Source: an uncultured bacterium
GTDB taxonomy: Bacteria; Krumholzibacteriota; Krumholzibacteriia; JAJRXK01
Length of the DNA stretch: 64,000 nt
Assembly (NCBI GenBank): GCA_964601275.1
Contig: CAZRMV010000001.1
Span: 205,290 to 269,289 of the forward strand
Reading direction: 5' to 3'
In this document: positions 1 through 9,082 of the stretch, one piece after another
Layout: every line of letters begins with the position of its first letter
Numbering within the stretch: position 1 is the first letter of the stretch
Program-made: the position numbers and the translations under genes
The notes under the pieces: model-generated
The model's input: the letters and a program-made list of their open reading frames with translations, nothing else
Told to the model about the DNA's origin: nothing
The model's database searches: none

Positions 1-1820
1 GACGCCTCTTCCGGGTGGCCGCCGATGCCCACATCCGCCGGGGAGGTACGGCGGCCCACGCCTATGCCTGGGAGAGCGTGGGCAGCCTGGCCGGGGGAGG
101 GGTGGCCACGTGGTTGCTTGTCCTGGGGTGGTCCAACCTCCAGGCCACGCTCTTGACCGCTGTTCTGGCCACGGCAACCGCTCTTCTGTCCACGACGACC
201 GCCCGGGGGCCGAAGGTGTTCCGGGGTGGGGCAGCACCGTCCGCGGTGATGCTGGCGGTCCTGCTGGCGGCCGGCGCGTTCTCATCCCGTCTCGACCAGT
301 GGCTGACCCGCCTGGACCATCCCGCGCTCCTCGCCACGCGGGACACCCCCTACGGGCGACTCACCCTCGACCGCCGGGGTGGACAGCTTGCGGTCTTCAT
401 GGACAACGCCCTGAGTTGGGAGAGCCAGGGAACCGCCACCGAGGAATTCGCCCTGCTCGCCGGTCTGCAGGTCGATGCGCCGCGCGACTTCCTGGTGCTC
501 GGCGGAGGCGCGGAGGGCCTGGTGGAGCAACTGCTCAAGTTCCGGCCCCGCCGCGTCGATCTCGTCGAGCTGGACGCGCGAGCCTTGCAACTTTTGCGGA
601 AGGTGCTTCCCGCTGAAGCGACCCTCGCCCTGGACGATCCGAGGGTGCGGGTGATCTTCGGCGATCCACGCCGGGAGATGGAAAGGCTCGGTCGCTACGA
701 TCTCATTCTCGTGGGAATGCCCCAGCCGGAAAGTGGACCGGCGAACCGCTTCTACACCAAGGAATTCCACCGGGAATGCCGCCGTCATCTCCGGGAGCGG
801 GGGGTCTTGGCCCTGCGCCTGGCCGCGGCCGAGAATCTCTGGACCCCCTTGCTGACCTGGCGCAACGCCAGCGTGGTGAAGGCGCTGAAGGAGGTCTTCC
901 CCGAGGTGACGGTGCTGCCCGGAACGGTCAGCGTGGTGCTCGCGGGCGCCATGCCCCTCCCCGGACCGGATCTCCTCGCCCGCCGCTTCCGCCGCGAAGG
1001 AATCACCGCGCGTCTCGTCGGGTCGCCCTACCTCCATTACCTCTACGAGAACGACCGCCGCCAAGCGATTGAAGGGCTTCTCGCCGAAAGTCCCGCTCCG
1101 GTCAATACCGACCGCCGCCCGATCGGCTACCTCTCTTCATTGATGCTGTGGCTGGCGCGGTTCGATCCTTCGATGGCCTTGCACCCGGTGCAGGGGGGGC
1201 GCGCGCAAGCCCTCCTGGTGGCGCTTGTGGGGGTGCTGATCGCCGCACCCCTTCTTCTGCTCGCCCGTTCCCCCCGCGCGCAGTTCCGGCGAATCGCGTT
1301 GGCCGCGACCGCCGGACTCCTGGCGATGGTGATGGAAGGACTGGTGATCCTGGCCTACCAGAGCGCGCGGGGAGTGCTCTTCCAGGACCTCGGTCTGCTG
1401 CTGGGTCTGTTCATGCTGGGACTGGCCGCCGGGGCGATGATGGGCGATGCCCGCGACGCCGGGTCGGACTTCGCAATCCGGGGGCGGCGGTTGCTGATGG
1501 GGGCTTCGGCCGTGGCTGCGATCACCGCGCTGTTGCTGCAGTTCAACCTGGCGGGTAGCCTGGTGCTGAGCGGCTTGCTCTTGATGGCGGCCGGATTCTC
1601 CACCGGGGCGCTTTTCGCCGTGGCCAGCGGCGCGGACCGCAGCGATATGGTATCGAGAGTGGGCTCGCTCTACGGCGCGGACCTGGCCGGGGGATGCGTC
1701 GGGGCGCTGGCGACCAGCCTGGTCCTGGCGCCCCTGCTGGGACTCCCGTTCACCGCCCTCCTGTTCGCCCTGCTCGGGCTGGGGCTGGCCATCTCGATGC
1801 GGTCGGGGCGACCCTCGTGA
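1..1820 (+). CDS. Polytopic membrane protein fused to a spermidine-synthase-like aminopropyltransferase domain; 5' end probably truncated by the window edge
   Basis: Frame is open to nt 3; the track start at 15 is GTG. Central region FLVLGGGAEGLVEQLL...VDLVELD...DLILVGMP...RFYTKEFH matches the SpeE/PABS Rossmann fold. Hydrophobic TM segments flank it on both sides. Confidence 0.6.
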   Translation, partial: RLFRVAADAHIRRGGTAAHAYAWESVGSLAGGGVATWLLVLGWSNLQATLLTAVLATATALLSTTTARGPKVFRGGAAPSAVMLAVLLAAGAFSSRLDQWLTRLDHPALLATRDTPYGRLTLDRRGGQLAVFMDNALSWESQGTATEEFALLAGLQVDAPRDFLVLGGGAEGLVEQLLKFRPRRVDLVELDARALQLLRKVLPAEATLALDDPRVRVIFGDPRREMERLGRYDLILVGMPQPESGPANRFYTKEFHRECRRHLRERGVLALRLAAAENLWTPLLTWRNASVVKALKEVFPEVTVLPGTVSVVLAGAMPLPGPDLLARRFRREGITARLVGSPYLHYLYENDRRQAIEGLLAESPAPVNTDRRPIGYLSSLMLWLARFDPSMALHPVQGGRAQALLVALVGVLIAAPLLLLARSPRAQFRRIALAATAGLLAMVMEGLVILAYQSARGVLFQDLGLLLGLFMLGLAAGAMMGDARDAGSDFAIRGRRLLMGASAVAAITALLLQFNLAGSLVLSGLLLMAAGFSTGALFAVASGADRSDMVSRVGSLYGADLAGGCVGALATSLVLAPLLGLPFTALLFALLGLGLAISMRSGRPS

Positions 1821-1872
1821 ACGCCGGGCGAAGGTGGTGGCGGTGGGGGATCGTGTGGGTGCAGGAACGTCT

Positions 1873-1886
1873 CCGGCACGTGCCGG
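1873..1886. terminator. Perfect 14-bp palindrome CCGGCACGTGCCGG in the 84-bp gap between two convergent genes; candidate bidirectional terminator hairpin
   Basis: Read directly from sequence; it lies between stop 1820 (+) and stop 1905 (-). No U-tract. Confidence 0.3.
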
Positions 1887-1904
1887 TGGAGATCGAGCGG
1901 CGGT

Positions 1905-4900
1905 TCAATCCGGGGGCGCGTGTCCCTCCCCCCACATCTTCTCGCCGGCCTCGACCCCGAACGGCAAGACGTTCTCCGTCGGCGGGAGCGGGCAGGTCGC
2001 ATACGGGGTGAACACGCAGGGTGGATCATAGGCCCGGTTGAAATCGACGACGACCGTTCCGTCCTCACGCGGGGGGGCGATCTCCAGGAAGCGGCCGCCT
2101 CCATAGGTCTCTTCGCCGTTGGTAGCGTCCCCGAAGATCAGGGAGAGCCCCTGGGCGGGATCGCCGGTGGGAAGCAGACGCACCGTGGTTCCCTCGTGTT
2201 CGAAGACGATCGCCCCGTGCACCGCTTCCTTCTCCACCTGGCCGAGCACGTTGGGAATCTCCAGCATACGCGGTGGGTCGAAGGGTTCCCACCTGGCGAT
2301 GATGCGCCAGGTGGGATCCGGCGGGAATCGCTCGATGTCGTGGAAGGCCGCCCGGACCGGGCTGTCGTTGTCCTTGGTCCGCACGAAGAACTTCGGTCCG
2401 CGCTCGATCAGGTAGAAGCTGAAGCTTCCCCGGCGCAGGATGGTGGGATTCCCCGAGCTGTCCGGCAGCATCTCCACCGCGTTCTCCAGGGGCTTGCCGT
2501 CCAGGAGAAGACCGGCTCCTGCGGCGGGGGTGAAGAGGAAGCCGTCGTCGCTCCAGCGCAGAACCCCGAGCCGTGCGGGCAGCTTCTCCTCGAGACGGAG
2601 ATCGCTTCCTTCGGCCGAGCCCATGGTGTTGCTTCCCTCGTGCAGGGGAAACAATCCCACCAGGGTCAACCAGCCGTCCGGGCGCTTGAGGCGCTCGATG
2701 CGCCGGCGGTGCCACGCATTGAGTTCCCCGCGCCAGGCCGTCTCCTCGGTTGCGGCCCGCAAGGCCTCGTCGCCGCCCGCCGACTCTCCCCGGGCATTCT
2801 CCGGCGGCAGGATCACCGCCGGCACCGCCTTCTCCTTCACCAGCTCGTTCAAGGCCCGCAGTTGGGTCGCGTACACCGCGTCCAGTTTGGACAGTTCCTT
2901 CTCGATGCGCTCCATCAGGTCGCGGCGGACACCCCGCATCTGCTCGGTGGGCTGGAAATCGCCGGTTGCGGCCGCCCCGGCCAGGGCGGCCAGCTTGTTG
3001 TTGAGCCGGATGGGGAAGTTGAGCGGGTCCTGCGGGCTCTTGTTGCGGGTCTGGTACAGGGCCTTCTCGATGGAGGTGAGGGTGTCGCTCAAAGCCTTCG
3101 CCGCGTCGATGATCTCCGGGTCGCCCTCCTGCTTCTTGAGCCGCGTCCGCAGGTCGTCGGCCTGCCGCCGTACTTCCCGCAAGCGCAGGATGGCCCGGTG
3201 GGTGCGGCTGAGGTCGTCACGTACTCCCAGCAGGAAGTCGAACTGCTCCTTCAACTGGGCGAGGGTCGAGCTGCTGCGCGGGTCGCCCCGGAGTTCGAAT
3301 TCCACTTCCATCGAATCGTCACCGGCCACCAGCCGCGCCCGGTACCGGCCCGGCAGCGCCCGGGGACCGCGGGTCATGCCACCCCACAGGATCATGCCCT
3401 CGACGGTCACCGCGTCCGGGTATCGCAGGTCCCAGCGCAATTGGGAAAGCGGCGGCTTCAGGGGCAGCCGGTCCTTCTTCTCCTTCGCCCGGGGGGTGAA
3501 GGTGCGGATGATCGTTCCGTCCTCTTCCAGGATGCGCAGGGCGTAGGCCGTCGAATCGGGTGTGTCGGGAAGGCGGTAGCGCAGGAGAACGCCTTCGGGA
3601 AGATCCTCGCCATGCCAACTGGAGATCGGCCAGCGGCCCCGCGAGCTGAGGCGGTCACCGGGCCGGGGGGTGAACAGCCAGGTGTCCGCCTTGGCCACTT
3701 CCTCGCTCCACTGCCGCAGGGGGGAGAGGTCGTCCAGCACCCAGAACGAGCGCCCCTGGGTGGCCACCACCAGGTCGTCGTTCTTCACCGCCAGGTCGGT
3801 GATGGGAACCACCGGCAGGTTGAGTTGCAGCGTCTGCCACGAACTCCCGTCGTCGAAGCTGAGGTATAGGCCGTTCTCGGTCCCGCAGTAGAGCAGCCCC
3901 TCCCGCTTGGGGTCGGCGCGGACCACGCGGGTGAAGTGGAAGGAATCGATTCCCTTGTCGATGCGCTTCCAGCTTCGGCCCCAATCCTTGCTGCGCAGGA
4001 GGTAGGGGTGGAAGTCGTCGCTCTTGTAGCGGGTGGCGGCGAGGTACACTCCCCCCTCGTGGAAGGGGTCGGCCTCGATGCAATTGATCTGGGCCCACTC
4101 GCCCAGCAGTTTGCGCGGCGGGGTCACATCCTCCCAGTGCCGGCCGCCGTCGCGGGTGAGGTGGACCCGTCCGTCGTCGCTTCCGCACCAGATCGTGCCG
4201 GGGAGGAAGGCGTCCTCGGCCATGGAGAAGATCGTCGCGTAGTACTCGACCCCGGTGTTGTCCTTGGTGATGGGTCCGCCCGAGGGCTCGAGGGTCTTGG
4301 GGTCGGCGCGGGTCAGATCGCCGGAGATCGGCTGCCAGCTCTGTCCTTCGTCACGGCTGGCGAAAAGGATGTTGCCGGCGGCGTAGAGCAATCCCGGCTC
4401 GTGACGGCTGAAGAGGATGGGAAAGTTCCACTGGAAGCGCGGGTTCATGTCCTTTGCGCCGTGGCCCAGCGGATCGTCCGGCCATACGTTCACCACCCGG
4501 GTCTGCCCGGTCCGGTGGTCGTAGCGAGTGAGCAGTCCCCCGTAGCTTCCCCCGTAGACGATCTCGTTGTCGCGGGGATCGGGTGCGAGCCATCCGCTCT
4601 CGCCCCCGGCGGTGGGCTCCCAGTCGAAGATGGTGATGGCCCCGGTGCCGGTGCGATGGAGGATGCGGACGGTCGAGTTGTCCTGCTGGGCGCCGTAGAT
4701 CCGGTAGGGGAAATGGTCGTCGGTGGTGACACGGTAGAACTGCGCGGTGGGTTGGTTGTAGTAGGTGGTCCAGTTCTTCCCGGCATCGTAACTGACCTGG
4801 GCGCCGCCGTCGTCGGCCACGATCATCCGCCGGGGATCTTCCGGGGCGATCCACAGGTCGTGATGGTCGCCGTGGGGGGTGCGGATGCGCTGGAAGCTCT

Positions 4901-5924
4901 TGCCCCCATCCTTCGAGCGCCACAGGCCCACGTTCACCACGTAGACCTTGTCCTCGTCCCCGGTATCGGCGTAGATCCTCGTGTAGTACCAGGCCCGCTG
5001 GCGCAGCTTGCGTTCACTGTTGATTCTCTTCCAGGTCTTGCCTCCATTCTCGCTGCGGAAGATACCCCCGTCCTCGGCCTCGATGATCGCCCACACCCGG
5101 TCGGGGTTCAGGGGGGAGACCGCGATGCCGCTGATGCCGAGGGTCCCGGTGGGGAGACCGTCGTTGCGGGTGATCTCCTCCCAGGTATCTCCCCCATCGC
5201 GCGACTTCCAGAGACTGCTGCCCTCCCCGCCGCTTTCCAGGCTCCAGGGAGTGCGCCGCACCCGCCAGAAACTGGCGTAGAGGATACGGGGATTGGTGGG
5301 ATCCATCACCAAGTCCACCGCGCCCACCTCGTCGTTGACGAAGAGGACACGCTCCCAGTTCTTTCCGCCATCGCGGCTGCGATAGATTCCCCTCTCTTCG
5401 TTGGGTCCGTAGAGATGCCCCAGGACCGCCGCGTAGACCAGGTCCGGATCGTGGGGGTGCACCCGGACCCGGGGAATGTGCCGCGAGTCGTCCAGTCCCA
5501 CGTGGGTCCAGTTGCGTCCCGCGTCGGTCGACTTCCACATGCCGCTTCCGTGGGAGACGTTGCCCCGGACGGTGACTTCGCCGCCGCCGGCGTACACCAC
5601 GTTGGGGTCGTCCGCGCAGACCGCGACCGCCCCGATCGATCCCCCGAAGAAGCCGTCGGAGACGGGTTTCCACGATTGCCCGCCATCCGTCGATTTCCAC
5701 ACCCCGCCTCCCGTTGCGCCGAAATACCAGGTCAAGGGGTCGTCCGGCACTCCACAGACCGCCGCGCTGCGACCGCCCCGGTACGGGCCGATACTGCGGA
5801 ATTCCAGGCCCTTCAGGGAATCTTCGTCGAAGGTCGAGGCGGCCCCGGCATTGTGGATCGAGGCGGTGGTGACGCTCCAGAGGGCGGTGAAGAGGATCAG
5901 CGAAGAAACGCGGCGGAGACTCAT
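1905..5924 (-). CDS. Secreted BNR/sortilin(VPS10)-type beta-propeller repeat protein fused to a C-terminal DUF1684 domain (1340 aa)
   Basis: The track ORF starts upstream in junk; the real start is ATG at 5924 (MSLRRVSSLILFTALWSV signal peptide, AGGAG 7 nt upstream). Repeated WKSTDGG.SW / YRSRDGGKNW / WKSRDGGDTW BNR-like motifs. The C-terminus ...GGGRFLEIAPPREDGTVVVDFNRAYDPPCVFTPYATCP is typical DUF1684. Confidence 0.75.
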   Translation of the reverse strand: MSLRRVSSLILFTALWSVTTASIHNAGAASTFDEDSLKGLEFRSIGPYRGGRSAAVCGVPDDPLTWYFGATGGGVWKSTDGGQSWKPVSDGFFGGSIGAVAVCADDPNVVYAGGGEVTVRGNVSHGSGMWKSTDAGRNWTHVGLDDSRHIPRVRVHPHDPDLVYAAVLGHLYGPNEERGIYRSRDGGKNWERVLFVNDEVGAVDLVMDPTNPRILYASFWRVRRTPWSLESGGEGSSLWKSRDGGDTWEEITRNDGLPTGTLGISGIAVSPLNPDRVWAIIEAEDGGIFRSENGGKTWKRINSERKLRQRAWYYTRIYADTGDEDKVYVVNVGLWRSKDGGKSFQRIRTPHGDHHDLWIAPEDPRRMIVADDGGAQVSYDAGKNWTTYYNQPTAQFYRVTTDDHFPYRIYGAQQDNSTVRILHRTGTGAITIFDWEPTAGGESGWLAPDPRDNEIVYGGSYGGLLTRYDHRTGQTRVVNVWPDDPLGHGAKDMNPRFQWNFPILFSRHEPGLLYAAGNILFASRDEGQSWQPISGDLTRADPKTLEPSGGPITKDNTGVEYYATIFSMAEDAFLPGTIWCGSDDGRVHLTRDGGRHWEDVTPPRKLLGEWAQINCIEADPFHEGGVYLAATRYKSDDFHPYLLRSKDWGRSWKRIDKGIDSFHFTRVVRADPKREGLLYCGTENGLYLSFDDGSSWQTLQLNLPVVPITDLAVKNDDLVVATQGRSFWVLDDLSPLRQWSEEVAKADTWLFTPRPGDRLSSRGRWPISSWHGEDLPEGVLLRYRLPDTPDSTAYALRILEEDGTIIRTFTPRAKEKKDRLPLKPPLSQLRWDLRYPDAVTVEGMILWGGMTRGPRALPGRYRARLVAGDDSMEVEFELRGDPRSSSTLAQLKEQFDFLLGVRDDLSRTHRAILRLREVRRQADDLRTRLKKQEGDPEIIDAAKALSDTLTSIEKALYQTRNKSPQDPLNFPIRLNNKLAALAGAAATGDFQPTEQMRGVRRDLMERIEKELSKLDAVYATQLRALNELVKEKAVPAVILPPENARGESAGGDEALRAATEETAWRGELNAWHRRRIERLKRPDGWLTLVGLFPLHEGSNTMGSAEGSDLRLEEKLPARLGVLRWSDDGFLFTPAAGAGLLLDGKPLENAVEMLPDSSGNPTILRRGSFSFYLIERGPKFFVRTKDNDSPVRAAFHDIERFPPDPTWRIIARWEPFDPPRMLEIPNVLGQVEKEAVHGAIVFEHEGTTVRLLPTGDPAQGLSLIFGDATNGEETYGGGRFLEIAPPREDGTVVVDFNRAYDPPCVFTPYATCPLPPTENVLPFGVEAGEKMWGEGHAPPD

Positions 5925-6316
5925 CGGCGACTCCTGGTCGAAGCAAGGAGAACGATGCCGCAACCACTGCATGAAGCGAAGAACGACGGTTGCGGCGGCA
6001 GGCCAATCCGGCGGGAGCTCCCGGTTGGAGTCTTCCCGGCACAGTCGGCAGTGTAACCTGTGGGGTGGGCCGCGTCGAGAACCGGTCGGATGCGGTGGGG
6101 CCCAAGGTTCCATTCGCACCGGGGGAGAGATTCTCCCGGGAACCCCGGTGGCGTGCTGGAGTTGAAAACAGTAGCCACGATCGCTCCCCATTTCCGGGAG
6201 GTCGGCCGGTGGAGACCGCGGATTCTACGGTCCGTCCGTGTGCGGTGGGCACCCCGCTGGACGCCTGGCGGCGCCATCGGGTGGATTACCGGCTTCCCGC
6301 GGTGGCGGCACTCGTG

Positions 6317-6895
6317 ATGGCGCTGGTCCTGTTCTCCCTCATGCCGCGCCTGTGGAATGTCTTCGGACGATCGCCCCTGGATGTCTCCCCTATCGGCGCG
6401 GTCTTCTCTCCCCTTCGTTTCGCCGAGGATGAAGGTCTGCGGATCCTCGATGTGAGGGTCCTTTCCCCGTCGGCCTCCTTGGATCATGGCGCCGCCGGCC
6501 AGGCCTTCGATTCCGGAATGGCCTTGTCGCGGGAAGGAAAGAGACCGGCCCCGGAGAGCGGCCGACCGGAATCCGGACGGAACGGACTCGTCTGGAATCC
6601 CGCCCGGAATCACCAGATCGCAAGGGAGCTTCTGGCACCGGTCCCGGAATCGGCTCCCGGGGTCACAGAACTCGCTCGGCCCCGACTCCTGCAGTTTCTC
6701 TCGATGGACGCCGTGGCATCCGTCTCCCTCGCCGACACCAGCCAGGTGACCCTCGGCCACCTCGGCTTCGTCGGTTTGCAGCGACAGATCTTCCTCGAGA
6801 ATGCCCCGCGATGGGCCTATGAAGCTGCCGCCGAACGATATCGCCGGGCCCTCGAGCAGATTGCGAAGGACAATCCACTGTGGGGCCCCCGATAG
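6317..6895 (+). CDS. Hypothetical protein with one N-terminal TM
   Basis: Internal ATG of the long 5990..6895 ORF, whose N-terminal 110 aa are R/P/G junk. GC3-rich codons; the C-terminus is protein-like (...ENAPRWAYEAAAERYRRALEQIAKDNPLWGPR). No recognisable family. Confidence 0.35.
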   Translation: MALVLFSLMPRLWNVFGRSPLDVSPIGAVFSPLRFAEDEGLRILDVRVLSPSASLDHGAAGQAFDSGMALSREGKRPAPESGRPESGRNGLVWNPARNHQIARELLAPVPESAPGVTELARPRLLQFLSMDAVASVSLADTSQVTLGHLGFVGLQRQIFLENAPRWAYEAAAERYRRALEQIAKDNPLWGPR

Positions 6896-6983
6896 CGGAT
6901 CCCTCCATCAAATGGGTGCCAAAGTAGAGGTTTCTTGCTACCCTTTCGCCGCCGGCACACCATCCATCAGGAGGATGTACTCA

Positions 6984-7508
6984 ATGAAGCGTGCTTTGAT
7001 GCTGTCCCTCGTTCTCGCCGCGCTGACGCTTTCGGCCTGTGGTGGGATGACGGTCAACACCGACTGGGACGACAGTGTTGATTTCTCCGCGTACAAGACC
7101 TTCGCCTGGATGTCGCCCCCCTCGGGGGAGACCCAGGTGAGCCAGTTGGTGATGAATCGCATCCGTGATGCCGTCATTGCCGAGATGAAGGCCAAGGGAT
7201 ACACCGAGGTAGAGGACAACCCCGATCTCTACGTGACCTCGGTGGTGATGGTCCAGGAGAAGGTGGACGTGTCATCGACTTCCTATGGGTACGGCTACGG
7301 TTACGGATACTGGGGCGGCTACGGTGCGCACAGTGTCGACGTGTACCGCTACCACCAGGGGACGGTTCTTCTCGATGTCGTCGACGCGAAGAAGAACCAG
7401 CTCGTCTGGCGCGGTTCGGGAAGCAAGGTCGTCGACCAGAACTCGGGACGGCCGGAGAAGATCCGCGCCGCGGTGCAGAAGATCCTCAGTCGGTTCCCGC
7501 CCAAGTGA
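6984..7508 (+). CDS. DUF4136-family lipoprotein with an internal Tyr-Gly repeat
   Basis: ATG 6984 with AGGAGG 10 nt upstream. MKRALMLSLVLAALTLSACGG lipobox. The middle contains YGYGYGYGYWGGYG. DUF4136-like YKTFAW / VVDAKKNQLVWRG motifs. Confidence 0.75.
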   Translation: MKRALMLSLVLAALTLSACGGMTVNTDWDDSVDFSAYKTFAWMSPPSGETQVSQLVMNRIRDAVIAEMKAKGYTEVEDNPDLYVTSVVMVQEKVDVSSTSYGYGYGYGYWGGYGAHSVDVYRYHQGTVLLDVVDAKKNQLVWRGSGSKVVDQNSGRPEKIRAAVQKILSRFPPK

Positions 7509-7557
7509 TCCCGCGGAGATTGCAGGCCCCATGATTTCGGGGTCCGGGTTTCGGCGT

Positions 7558-7590
7558 GGTCCTCACCTCCTGGGGACCGCGCCTTTTTCG
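7558..7590 (+). terminator. Hairpin GGTCC-N11-GGACC followed by GCGCCTTTTTCG; candidate intrinsic terminator for the DUF4136 gene
   Basis: Stem plus T5 tract read from sequence, in the convergent gap 7509..7642. Confidence 0.35.
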
Positions 7591-7642
7591 TCGCGGGGAT
7601 CCTCCATTCCGACTTGTCTTCCCCGCAACCGGGGTTTCCATC

Positions 7643-9082
7643 TCAGCCCGGCGGCGTGCGGATGACCAGCAGGCGCAGCTCGGTCATCTCCTCCATGGCG
7701 AAGCGCAACCCCTCCCGGCCCAGGCCCGAGTTCTTCACTCCTCCGTAGGGCATATGGTCGACCCGCCAACTGGGGATATCACCGATGATGACCCCGCCCA
7801 CTTCCAACTCGTCCCAGGCCTTCTGCGCCTTGTAGAGGTCGCAGGTGAAGATCCCCGCCTGCAGCCCGTAGCTCGAGTCGTTGACCTCGGCCAACGCCTC
7901 GTCGAAGTCGGTGAAGCGGGAGAGGATCGCAACCGGACCGAAGACTTCCCGGCGGTAGAGCCGATCCTCGCGACGCACGTTCTCCAGAAGCGTGGCCGGC
8001 AGCATCACTCCCTCGCGTCGGCCTCCACACAGTACCTTCGCTCCATGTCCGACCGCCTCGTCGATCCACTCCTGCACCCTCCGGGCTTCCTCCTCGCTGA
8101 TCATCGGCCCGATGAAGGTGGCCTCGTCCTTGGGATCGCCCATCACCAGGCTCTGCGCGCGTTCGACCAGCCGCCTCCTGAATTCGTCATGGATCGATGC
8201 ATGGAGGAGGATGCGCTGCACGCTGATGCAACTCTGGCCGGACTGGTAGAACGCCCCGATGATCACCCTCTCGAGGGCGTCATCCAGGTCGGCGTCCTCG
8301 TCGATGATGCAGGCTGCGTTGCCGCCCAGTTCGAGGACGACCTTCTTCTTTCCCGCCTTGGCCTTGAGGGCCCAGCCCGAGGCGGGTGATCCGGTGAAGC
8401 TGAGCAGTTTCAGCCGCTCGTCGGTGGTGAAGAGCTCGGCGCCCTCGCGGTCGCAGGGAAGGATGCTGAACGCGCCCTCGGGCAGGTCGCACTCGGCGAG
8501 GATCTCCCCGAGGATCAAGGCGCCCACCGGCGTGCGGCTGGAGGGCTTGAGCACGAAGGGACATCCCACCGCGAGGGCCGGCGCGATCTTGTGCGCCACC
8601 AGGTTCAAGGGGAAGTTGAAGGGAGCGATGAGGCTGACCGGTCCGATGGGGACGCGCTTGTACATGCCGCGGTAGCCCCGGGCGCGCGCGGAGATCTCCA
8701 GGTCCATGACCTCGCCGTTCAACCGTGGTGCCTCCTCCGCGGCGTAGCGGAAGGTGTCGATGAGGCGTTGGACTTCTCCCCGGCTGTCCCGGATGGGCTT
8801 GCCCGCCTCCACGCACAGGGCCATCGCCAATTCGTCGAAGCGCTCCTCGAAGCGCTTCACGCAGTGGTAGAGCACCTCCTGGCGCTGGTAGGCGGGCAGC
8901 TTCCGCATGGGGTCGGCGGCGGCGGCCGCCGCAGCGATCGCCTGGTCGATGGCCTCTTCGCTTGCCCGAGCGACGCGGGTCGCGATCTCTCCGGTGTACT
9001 TGTCACGGACCGGGAGGTCCTGGTTGGTGGCGACGGGTCGGTTGGCCAGGTAGTAGGGATAGCTCTCACGCACGGTGGTCAC
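7643..9082 (-). CDS. NAD(P)-dependent aldehyde dehydrogenase
   Basis: 479 aa. ALDH motifs VLELGGNAA, FYQSGQSC, GPVSLIAPFNFP. GTG start at 9082, or GTG three codons downstream with GGAG 9 nt upstream. Confidence 0.85.
   Translation of the reverse strand: MTTVRESYPYYLANRPVATNQDLPVRDKYTGEIATRVARASEEAIDQAIAAAAAAADPMRKLPAYQRQEVLYHCVKRFEERFDELAMALCVEAGKPIRDSRGEVQRLIDTFRYAAEEAPRLNGEVMDLEISARARGYRGMYKRVPIGPVSLIAPFNFPLNLVAHKIAPALAVGCPFVLKPSSRTPVGALILGEILAECDLPEGAFSILPCDREGAELFTTDERLKLLSFTGSPASGWALKAKAGKKKVVLELGGNAACIIDEDADLDDALERVIIGAFYQSGQSCISVQRILLHASIHDEFRRRLVERAQSLVMGDPKDEATFIGPMISEEEARRVQEWIDEAVGHGAKVLCGGRREGVMLPATLLENVRREDRLYRREVFGPVAILSRFTDFDEALAEVNDSSYGLQAGIFTCDLYKAQKAWDELEVGGVIIGDIPSWRVDHMPYGGVKNSGLGREGLRFAMEEMTELRLLVIRTPPG

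Noticed and set aside
1920-6056. Long antisense ORFs opposite the BNR/DUF1684 gene (649 aa and 706 aa), and similar antisense or overlapping ORFs throughout (for example 23681..25198, 40059..42758, 42974..45817)
   Set aside because: They are R/G/P/A-rich, lack motifs, and lie opposite or overlapping strongly supported genes. This is the expected open-frame artefact of ~70% GC DNA.
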